NCBI RefSeq assembly: GCF_004353825.1
Contig: NZ_SMNA01000002.1
Location: 1 to 64,000 of the forward strand
From: Occultella glacieicola
Lineage (GTDB): Bacteria > Actinomycetota > Actinomycetes > Actinomycetales > Beutenbergiaceae
Direction of reading: 5' to 3'
Length of the DNA: 64,000 bases
The notes under the pieces were generated by a model. That model made no database searches and was not told the DNA's origin. It saw only the letters and a program-made list of their open reading frames with translations. A program made the position numbers and the translations under genes. Shown here piece by piece: positions 50,293 to 61,221 of the stretch. The stretch's first letter is position 1. Each line of letters begins with the position of its first letter.

Positions 50293-51375
50293 TCAGGTGG
50301 TGACCAGGTAGTCCTCGGCGTCGTCGTCCCAGCGCAGGCTCACGACGCCCGCCTCGGCGGCCGCCCGGCAGAACTGCAGGAAGTTGCGGTACCCGAGCGC
50401 CTTCTCGGAGAAGTCGGGGCGGCGCTTGCGCAGGTGGTTCTTCAGCCCGGAAAGTGCGGACGGCCCGTCGGAGGCGGCGACGACCGCCGCGAGGAGGGCG
50501 AACGCGTCGCCGGCCTCGTCCCGCTCGGGCAACGAGACCTCCGGGTCCCCGGCGGCCGGGCCGGTGCCCAGTTCGACGATGCCCCGCTCGGCCAGGTTCC
50601 GGAGCACCTCACCGAACGTGCGGTAACCGTGGTCGGACTCGCTGAACGTCGGGTCCTTACGCAGCAGGGTGCGCTTCAGGACCGAGGCGGTCACCGACGC
50701 GCCGGTCGAGGACTGCAGCCCGGCGAGCGTCTGCGCGACGAGCACGTCCAGGGCAGCGGCGTCGCCGGCGGCCTCGTCGTCATCGGCCTCGTCCGGGACC
50801 TCGGGTGACGGCACCGGGTCGGGGGCCGCCTTGAGGCGGGTCTCCCGGCGGGTCGTGGGCGCCTGCTCGGCGCGCCGAGCAGGCGTCGGCTCCGGCACGT
50901 CCACACCCTCGAGCCGGTCGTAGAACAGGAACTCGTCGCACGCCGGCGGCAGCAGCCGGGACGTCGACTTCTCCACGCCCACGCCGATGACGCGCTTGTT
51001 CAGTTCTCGCAGCTTGTGCACCAGCGGAGAGAAGTCGCTGTCCCCCGTGCACATGACGAACGTCGAGATGTAGTCGCGTTCGAACGCCATCTCGATCGCA
51101 TCCACGACCATCTTGATGTCGGCGGCATTCTTGCGGGAGGCGCCCATGCGCTGCGGCATCTCGATCAGTTCCACCTGATGCCGGGTCAGGGAACGGCGGT
51201 CCTCGTCGAAGTAGGACCAGTCGGCGTAGGCCCGGCGCACCACGACGCGGCCGCGCACCGCCAACGCGTCGGCGATCGGACCGAAGTCGAACGCCATCCC
51301 ACCCAGATGTTCACGTGCACCGAGAGCAAGGTTCTCGTAGTCGAGGAAGACGGCCAGGCGTTCTTCGGAGTCCAT
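50293..51375 (-). CDS. NYN (PIN-like, LabA/DUF88) domain protein with two OST-HTH/LOTUS domains
   Basis: FLDYEN, KNAADIKM, TGDSDFSPL, CDEF; two copies of LK..L....P.FSE...GY..F. Confidence 0.9.
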   Translation of the reverse strand: MDSEERLAVFLDYENLALGAREHLGGMAFDFGPIADALAVRGRVVVRRAYADWSYFDEDRRSLTRHQVELIEMPQRMGASRKNAADIKMVVDAIEMAFERDYISTFVMCTGDSDFSPLVHKLRELNKRVIGVGVEKSTSRLLPPACDEFLFYDRLEGVDVPEPTPARRAEQAPTTRRETRLKAAPDPVPSPEVPDEADDDEAAGDAAALDVLVAQTLAGLQSSTGASVTASVLKRTLLRKDPTFSESDHGYRTFGEVLRNLAERGIVELGTGPAAGDPEVSLPERDEAGDAFALLAAVVAASDGPSALSGLKNHLRKRRPDFSEKALGYRNFLQFCRAAAEAGVVSLRWDDDAEDYLVTT

Positions 51376-51460
51376 GGCCGTCAGCCTAGGTGCGCCCGGT
51401 CAGGTGCGCCGGTCCGGGCCCTGCCGGCCGGGTGCGTGGGGTGTGGCAGGGTGAGTGCCC

Positions 51461-52189
51461 ATGACCCGGTTCAGCGATTTCGTCAGGGCGGGGAACCAGG
51501 GCGCGGACCCGGCCACCTACGAGATCGAGAACGCGGCCATGGACCCGGACGGCACGCTCTGGGCGCACCTGTCGAGTGTGGCGCCGTGGGCCGGCCGCCG
51601 TCTCCTCGACCTCGGGTGCGGCAGCGGCTTCTGGTTGCCCCGGTATGCCGAGGCCGCCGAGGTGATCGGGGTGGAGCCCGATCCCGAGCTCCTGCCCCTC
51701 GCGCGGGCCAGGCCTGGTGGCGCCCGGGTGCTCCCTGGCTCGGCCGAGCACCTCCCGCTGCCCGACGGTTCCGTGGACGTGGTGCACGCCCGGTTCGCCT
51801 ACTTCTTCCCCGATCCCGACTTCGACCCCACGCCCGGCCTCGTCGAGGTCCAACGGGTCCTCGCCACCGACGGCGCGCTCGTGGTGATCGACAACGACCA
51901 CGACGACGGCGAGTTCGCTGATCTGCTCGCCGTGAGCCCTTGGGCCGCGAAGCAGGGCACCGGCCCTCACATCCGGCGGTGGTGGCGTGAGCGCGGCGCC
52001 ACCAGCGAACCGGTCCTGAGCAGCTGGAACTTCGAGAGCCGGGCCGACCTCGAGGCGGTGCTCCGCCTGGAGTTCCCGGCTGAGGTGGTCGACCCGTGGC
52101 TGACGGCGCATCCGCACCGGCTCGGCCTCAGCTACGGGTACGTGGTGCACACCTGGCGCCCGCGGGGGCCGGGCCGGCACCTGGCCTGA
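51461..52189 (+). CDS. Class I SAM-dependent methyltransferase
   Basis: LLDLGCGSG, GVEPD, GSAEHLPLPD, HARFAYFF. Confidence 0.9.
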   Translation: MTRFSDFVRAGNQGADPATYEIENAAMDPDGTLWAHLSSVAPWAGRRLLDLGCGSGFWLPRYAEAAEVIGVEPDPELLPLARARPGGARVLPGSAEHLPLPDGSVDVVHARFAYFFPDPDFDPTPGLVEVQRVLATDGALVVIDNDHDDGEFADLLAVSPWAAKQGTGPHIRRWWRERGATSEPVLSSWNFESRADLEAVLRLEFPAEVVDPWLTAHPHRLGLSYGYVVHTWRPRGPGRHLA

Positions 52190-52512
52190 GCGGCTCTTTC
52201 GCGGGCGTCATCGTCGGGCTGATCACCACCGGCGCACTCGACGCGCACCTCGGCACCGTTCAGGCGGCCATCAGCAAGCGTCACCAGGTTCGGGTGCGGG
52301 ATGCGTCCAACCAGGCGGCCGCACAGCTCCGGGTCGGTGATCGAGTCACCCTGACCGAGCAGATCCGGCCGTTGTACCTCAAGGGAGCCACGGGGACAGT
52401 GACCGGCTGTGCGTCCCGGAACGCCATCGTCCATCTCGATCAGCCGAGGGGTCGCTTCGACGGCGCCGAGATCCGCTGCCCACCGCTGGGACTACGGCGC
52501 CTGCAGGCCTAG
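52190..52512 (+). pseudogene. Probable 5'-truncated gene remnant (SH3/KOW-like LRVGDRV domain)
   Basis: Protein-like frame (LRVGDRVTL..RPLYLKGATGTV..GRF..EIRCPP) with no start codon or SD after the upstream stop. Confidence 0.5.
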
Positions 52513-52982
52513 CTTCCCGCGCCGACCGCGGAGGTCTCGCGCAGGTCGGCCTCGCGCTGGTCGTAGTCCGCGCGGGCCCGGGCGATCTCCTCCTGGTGCG
52601 CCTCGGTCCACACCACGAGCGACTTGATCGTCGCGTGCAGTGTGCGCCCGAGCGGGGTCAGGGCATAGTCGACCCGGGGCGGCACGACCGGATGGACGGT
52701 GCGCTCGACCAGTCCGTCCCGCTCGAGGTGACGCAGCGTGCGGGTCAGCATCCGCTGGCTGATGCCGTCGATCTCACGCTTCAGCTCGGTGAACCGCAGG
52801 CTGCGGCGGTCGAGCAGCGCGATGGCGAGCAGCGACCACTTGTCCGCGATCCGGTCCAGGATCTGGCGGACCTCACAGTCCTCGCGGGCATCCCACTGCC
52901 AGACGTCGTAGTCGGTGTGGCGGTCCGTCGTGAGCGCGGTATCCGCAGAGGAACCGAGGGACTGAGAAGTGCCTTCTTCCAT
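52509..52982 (-). CDS. HxlR-family transcriptional regulator
   Basis: C.VRQILDRIADKWS, RFTELKR, ISQRMLT, PPRVDYALT. Confidence 0.93.
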   Translation of the reverse strand: MEEGTSQSLGSSADTALTTDRHTDYDVWQWDAREDCEVRQILDRIADKWSLLAIALLDRRSLRFTELKREIDGISQRMLTRTLRHLERDGLVERTVHPVVPPRVDYALTPLGRTLHATIKSLVVWTEAHQEEIARARADYDQREADLRETSAVGAGS

Positions 52983-53011
52983 GGCAGTCCATCGTGCCGC
53001 AGGCTGGGCGA

Positions 53012-53028
53012 GGTTACAAGAAGTAACC
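53012..53028. promoter_or_regulatory. Palindromic operator GGTTAC-N5-GTAACC between the divergent hxlR and MFS genes
   Basis: Perfect 6-bp arms in an AT-enriched intergenic patch. Confidence 0.7.
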
Positions 53029-54497
53029 GACCAGCAGTCGGGGAACCACTCGGGTCGACCCGGCGTGAAGCGGACGGACGCAGCGATGGAACAACGGACC
53101 GCCACCAGGATGAGCGCGCGCGACCTCGGGGTGCTGGTGGTCCTGTGTGGGGCGATCTTCCTCGAGGGCAGCGACGTCGCGATGCTGAACGTGGCCCTCC
53201 CCGCGATCCGTGCCGACCTTGGCCTGACCACCACCGAGCTGAGCGGGGTCATCACCGCGTACGTGGTGGGCTATGGCGGGTTCATGCTCCTCGGTGGGCG
53301 CGCGGCCGATGTCTTCGGGCGGCGCCGGATGTTCCTGACCTGGCTGGTGGTGTTCCTGCTGTTCTCCGGTCTCGGCGGGTTCGCGACCGAGGGCTGGATG
53401 CTGCTCCTGGCCAGATTCGTGACCGGCGTCGCGGCGGGCTTCCTGACGCCGGCAGGGATCTCGCTCATCACGACCTCGTTCGCCGAGGGCCCCGCGCGCA
53501 ACCGGGCCCTGATCATCTACGGAGCGGCCGGCGCGGCGGGGTTCTCGCTGGGTCTGGTGGCCGGCGGGCTGCTCACCGCGATCGGCTGGCGGTGGGTGTT
53601 CTTCGCCCCGGTGCTGATCGCCGCGGTGCTGCTCGCGCTGGCGGTCCCGCTGCTCACCGAACCACCCGTCGTGGGGCGCCGCGGCCGGCTCGGGTTGGTG
53701 GCGGCGCTCACCCTGACGGCTTCGATGGTGCTGTTCGCGTTCGGGCTGACCCTCCTCGAGCGGGTCCACGAGATGGGGGTGCAGGCGCTCGGCACGCTGC
53801 TCCTGGCCACCGCGCTGCTGGTCGTCTTCGCGCTCGGTCAACGCCGGGCCGCGGACCCGCTGATCCGGCCGGGCCTGCTGCGCGCACCGGGTCTGGCCGC
53901 CGCGAACGTGACCGCGCTGGCCTTCGCCGGCTCCTTCTACGGGTTCCAGTTCCTGACCACCCTCTATCTCCAGGAACTGCGCGGCTGGACCCCGCTGCAG
54001 ACCGGGCTCGCCATGCTGCTGATGGCGCTCGATGTGGTCCTCGCACCGACGCTCGCGCCGCGGCTCGTGCAGCGGTTCGGAGTACGCCGGGTGATCGCAG
54101 CCGGGCTCCTCGCGGGCCTGCTCGCCTACTCCCTGTTCCTGCGCGCGGACCTGGACTGGGCCTACGCCGCGATGGTGCCGACGATGGTTGGCATCGGCTT
54201 CATGTTCGCTCTCGTCTACGGCCCGCTCGCGATCGCCGCGACCGACGGGGTCGCGGGGTCGGACCAGGGGGTCGCCGGAGGCCTGCTCAACACGTCCCTG
54301 CAGTTCGGCGCCGCCCTGGGAATCTCCGCCGCCACGGCGGTGCAGGTGGCGGCGGCGGGCGCGGCAACGGGACCGGAGGCAGGGCTGGACGCCATCCGCA
54401 CGGCACTCGGCGTGCCGATCGTGTTCGTGTTGCTCGGTGCCGTGGTGATCACCGTCGGCGGCCGGCCGCGCTCCGGGCGGCGCGCCGCCCGGAGCGG

Positions 54498-57674
<3,177 letters not shown>

Positions 57675-57708
57675 GAGCGGACTCCGATAGGATCGCAATG
57701 GTGAAAGA

Positions 57709-57734
57709 GAACCGAACAGTTCGGTTCAACCGAA
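57709..57734. promoter_or_regulatory. MarR operator: overlapping palindromes GAACCGAAC-A-GTTCGGTTC and TTCGGTT-C-AACCGAA
   Basis: Three alternating AACCGAA half-sites in the 72-bp RND/marR divergent gap. Confidence 0.75.
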
Positions 57735-57746
57735 GTAAGGGTACAC

Positions 57747-58211
57747 GTGGGTCAGCACGACGATGAGCGGGACCACCTGATCGAGCAGGTCTTCGAGACC
57801 CAGCACGCGATGATGCGGTCGAGCCTGGCAGCGGAGCTCGAGCCGCTGCTGGACAGCACGCTGACGATGCAGCAGTTCAAGCTCCTCGCGATCGTGCACT
57901 TCCACGGCGAGCAGACGGTCTCCGGACTCGCCGAGGCCATGCGGGTCTCGATGCCGACGGTCTCCGGTGCCGTCGAGCGGCTCGTCGAACGCGACCTGCT
58001 GAGCCGCCGCGAGGACCCGGACGACCGTCGGGTGCGGCTGATCGGCCTCGCCGAGGCCGGCAAGCGGCTGTTCGCGGAGGCCGAGGCGACGAGGACCCGG
58101 CTCGGCCGGGACCTGCTCGGCGAGCTGGACCTGGATGCGCTGCGGGCCCTCGCCGGCGCCTACACGCAACTGGCGGACGCCGTCGAACGCAGACTGGGAC
58201 CGAGCCGGTAG
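57747..58211 (+). CDS. MarR-family transcriptional regulator
   Basis: LTMQQFKLL, VSMPTVSGAVERLV, EDPDDRRV. Confidence 0.94.
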   Translation: MGQHDDERDHLIEQVFETQHAMMRSSLAAELEPLLDSTLTMQQFKLLAIVHFHGEQTVSGLAEAMRVSMPTVSGAVERLVERDLLSRREDPDDRRVRLIGLAEAGKRLFAEAEATRTRLGRDLLGELDLDALRALAGAYTQLADAVERRLGPSR

Positions 58212-58244
58212 GCGCGATCCGGTCCGGCCCGGTCCGCCCCGGGC

Positions 58245-58622
58245 TCAGCCCAACCAGAGGCAGAACGGGTGGCCGTGCGGGTCCAGGCAGACCCGCACGT
58301 CCTCCTGGGGCTGGAACTGGGCGAGGGTGGCGCCGCAACCGAGGGCGAACCCGACCGACGTGTCCAGATCGGTCACCCTGATGTCGAGGTGCATCATCAT
58401 CTGCTGGTGGTCGGCGGTGTTCGGCCACGCCGGTGGCGTGAAGACGTCCTCGAGCTGGAACGACAGGGAGATCCCGCCGGCGGGATTGCGCAGGTGGGCG
58501 TCGGTCTCCTCCACCCGGGCCACCTCCCAGCCGAGCAGCCGGGCGTAGAAGTGGGCGAGCGTCGCCGGGTCGGGCGAGCCGATGTTGATCGTGGTCAGGG
58601 TCAGGCTCGGTCGATCGGTCAT
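58245..58622 (-). CDS. VOC/glyoxalase family protein
   Basis: LAHFYARLLGW, MHLDI, DPHGHPFCL; GAGGAGAGG SD. Confidence 0.92.
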   Translation of the reverse strand: MTDRPSLTLTTINIGSPDPATLAHFYARLLGWEVARVEETDAHLRNPAGGISLSFQLEDVFTPPAWPNTADHQQMMMHLDIRVTDLDTSVGFALGCGATLAQFQPQEDVRVCLDPHGHPFCLWLG

Positions 58623-58662
58623 GGATTCCTCTCCTCGCCCGCTCCGCGACGCTCGCGCCGGC

Positions 58663-59838
58663 TCAGAGTCCGGCGCCGGCCAGGCCGAGCCCGCGGGCGA
58701 TCACCATCAGTTGCACCTCGGTGGTGCCCTCGCCGATCTCCAGCACCTTCGAGTCGCGGTAGTGCCGGGCCACGAGGTTCTCGTTGAGGTAGCCGTAGCC
58801 ACCGAAGATCTGGGAGGCATCCCGGGCGTTCGCCATCGCCGCCTCGCTGCCGGTGAGTTTCGCGATGGACGCCTGCGTCTTGAACGACCCACCCGAGGCC
58901 ATCTGCCGGGCGGCGTTCAGCCAGGTGAGCCGGGCGGTGTGCACCCGGGCCTGCATGCGGGCGATCATGAATGCGGTGTGCTGGTTCTGGGCGAGCGCCC
59001 GCCCGAACACCTCGCGCTCCTGGGCGTACCGGACCGCCTCCTCCAGGCAGCCCTGGGCCGCGCCGGTGCACAGGGCCGCGAAGGCGATCCGGCCCTCATC
59101 CAGGGACTCCAGGAAGTTCGCGTACCCGCGCCCTCGTTCACCGAGGAGGTTCGCCTCGGGCACCCGGACGTTCTCCAGCGTCAGCGGGTGCGTGTCGGAG
59201 GTGTGCCAGCCGACCTTGTCGTAGGGGGGCCCGACGGTGAGCCCTTCGGCGGGGACCGGCACCAGGATCGCGGAGAGTTCCTTCTTGACGGTGCCGTCGG
59301 CCCGGGTTGTCTGCCCGGTGACGGCGGTGATCGTGATGAGGCGGGTGATGTCGGTGCCGGAGTTCGTGATGAACTGCTTGGACCCGTTGATGACCCATTC
59401 GCCGTCGACGAGTTCCGCCGTCGTGCAGGTGCCGCCGGCGTCGGAGCCGGCCGCGGCCTCGGTGAGCCCGAACGCGGCGAGCGCCTCACCGGACGCGAAC
59501 CGTGGGATCCACTCGCGCCGCTGCGCCTCGGTGCCGAACCGCATGATCGGCATGGCGCCCAGCCCGATGCCCGCCTCCAGGGTCACCCCGAGGCTCTGGT
59601 CCACCCGGCTGATCTGCTCCACGGCCAGACAGAAGGAGACGTAGTCGCCGCCACTGCCGCCGTACTCGGTCGGGAACGGCAGACCGAACAGGCCCAGGTC
59701 CCCCATCTGCTTGATGATGCCGTACGGCAGTTCGCGCTTCGTGTCGTACTCGTAGGACGCCGGCCGGACGACGGTGTCCGCGAACTCGCGGACCTGGTCG
59801 ATCAGTTCCTGCTGCTGCGGCGTGAACCCGTAGGACAT
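58663..59838 (-). CDS. Acyl-CoA dehydrogenase
   Basis: FGLTEAAAGSD, INGSKQFITN, QIFGGYGY, EIGEGTTEVQ. Confidence 0.95.
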   Translation of the reverse strand: MSYGFTPQQQELIDQVREFADTVVRPASYEYDTKRELPYGIIKQMGDLGLFGLPFPTEYGGSGGDYVSFCLAVEQISRVDQSLGVTLEAGIGLGAMPIMRFGTEAQRREWIPRFASGEALAAFGLTEAAAGSDAGGTCTTAELVDGEWVINGSKQFITNSGTDITRLITITAVTGQTTRADGTVKKELSAILVPVPAEGLTVGPPYDKVGWHTSDTHPLTLENVRVPEANLLGERGRGYANFLESLDEGRIAFAALCTGAAQGCLEEAVRYAQEREVFGRALAQNQHTAFMIARMQARVHTARLTWLNAARQMASGGSFKTQASIAKLTGSEAAMANARDASQIFGGYGYLNENLVARHYRDSKVLEIGEGTTEVQLMVIARGLGLAGAGL

Positions 59839-59924
59839 GCTCGTGACTCCCTCGTCGGATCTTGTGGATCGTGGCCCGGGTGGTGACCTTGTGGGTCGGT
59901 CCCGGGGGGCGTCGACGGCGATCG

Positions 59925-59957
59925 ACCGGTCGCAGGGCCCAGTCACCTGCGACCGGT
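59925..59957. promoter_or_regulatory. Perfect 12-bp inverted repeat ACCGGTCGCAGG-N9-CCTGCGACCGGT
   Basis: Lies in the divergent gap between the acyl-CoA dehydrogenase and SRPBCC-like genes. Confidence 0.5.
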
Positions 59958-60061
59958 TTCCCCTGGCGAGCACACTCCTCGACGACGGCGTCCGGGCCCG
60001 AGTCTACCGGCGGCACCGCCGGGCGAGCCAGGAAAAGCACCCCGCACCTACCATCGACAGG

Positions 60062-60532
60062 GTGAGGCCACCCGTGCGCGTGACCCGCAGCGTAGGCGTC
60101 GCGGCCCCGCTGGCCGAGGTCTGGGACCGGGTCACGGCCCCCGCCGGCATCAACGACGAACTCGCACCGTTCCTCACCATGACCATGCCGGCGCGCTGGC
60201 GGGCCGAGACGATCGCGACCGTGCCGGTCGGCGAACACCTGGGCAGAGCGCACCTCCGGTTGGCCGGCCTGGTCCCGGTCGAGTACGACGACCTGTTCCT
60301 CGTCGCGGTGGCGGCCCCGACCATGTTCCATGAGCGTTCGGAGATGGTCACGGCCCGGGTCTGGGAGCACCGGCGCGAACTCGTCGCCCTCGCCGACGAG
60401 TACACCCGGGTCACCGACGAGGTGACGATGGTCCCCCGGTTCCCGCTGCCCGGGCGTCGCGTGCGGGTGCTGATCGATGCCCTCTTCGCGCACCGCCACC
60501 GCCGGCTACAGGCCTGGGCCCACTCGCGCTGA
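60062..60532 (+). CDS. SRPBCC/START-like hypothetical protein
   Basis: V.APLAEVW, GINDEL.P, WEHRR, F.HRHRRL. Leaderless TACCAT-7-GTG. Confidence 0.75.
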   Translation: MRPPVRVTRSVGVAAPLAEVWDRVTAPAGINDELAPFLTMTMPARWRAETIATVPVGEHLGRAHLRLAGLVPVEYDDLFLVAVAAPTMFHERSEMVTARVWEHRRELVALADEYTRVTDEVTMVPRFPLPGRRVRVLIDALFAHRHRRLQAWAHSR

Positions 60533-60546
60533 GGCGTGCGCCGGTC

Positions 60547-61221
60547 TCAGGCCGGACCCATCTCCTCCGACGCCTCCATGCCGCCGAGTCCGCCTTCGCG
60601 GGCCCGCACGATCAGCGTCGGCCTGCTCGAGACCGACAACTTCGTCAGGATGGTCGTCACATGATTGCGGACCGTCTTCGGGCTGAGCACCAGCCGGCGG
60701 GCGATGGCCGCGTTGTCATGGCCGCGGGCGACCAGGTCGAGAACCTCGCGTTCCCGCGCGGACAGTTCCGGGAACGGCACGCGGACCGCGGTGCGCCCGG
60801 ACACGAGCGTGGACATCGCCCGGGCCGCGACTTGGGGACCGAGGATCATCTCCCCGTTGGCCACCGCCCGGATCGCCCGTTCCACCGCGTCCGGGCCGGC
60901 GGTCTTGAGCAGGTAGCCCCGCGCGCCGCAGCGAACCGCCGCGACCACGGCCTCCTCGTCGTCGCTCATGGTGATCACCAGGACGGCGAGCCCGCGATGG
61001 GCACGGACGAGGTCCCGGGTCACCTCGATGCCGGAGTCGCCGCCGAGGTGCAGGTCCATCAGCACCACGTCCACGTCCGCGGTCACCAGCGCGCGGGCCT
61101 CGGCGGCGTCGGCCGCCTGACCCACGACCACGACGCCGGGAAGGGAGCCGAGCAGGCCGGTCATGCCGAGCCGGAACACCGGGTGGTCGTCGACGATGGC
61201 GACCCGGATCGGCCCGGTCAT
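60547..61221 (-). CDS. NarL/LuxR-family response regulator
   Basis: IVDDHPVFR, VLMDL, GYLLK, LSAREREVL..SPKTVRNHV; ATGA overlap with the kinase. Confidence 0.95.
   Translation of the reverse strand: MTGPIRVAIVDDHPVFRLGMTGLLGSLPGVVVVGQAADAAEARALVTADVDVVLMDLHLGGDSGIEVTRDLVRAHRGLAVLVITMSDDEEAVVAAVRCGARGYLLKTAGPDAVERAIRAVANGEMILGPQVAARAMSTLVSGRTAVRVPFPELSAREREVLDLVARGHDNAAIARRLVLSPKTVRNHVTTILTKLSVSSRPTLIVRAREGGLGGMEASEEMGPA

Noticed and set aside
48911..52189. alkA-ogt, NYN and methyltransferase as a defence island
   Set aside because: Orientations are mixed, promoters appear separate, and there are no recognisable defence-system partners.
57713..57723. CGAAC-A-GTTCG resembling an SOS box
   Set aside because: The spacer is 1 nt and not 4. 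It is better explained as the MarR operator.
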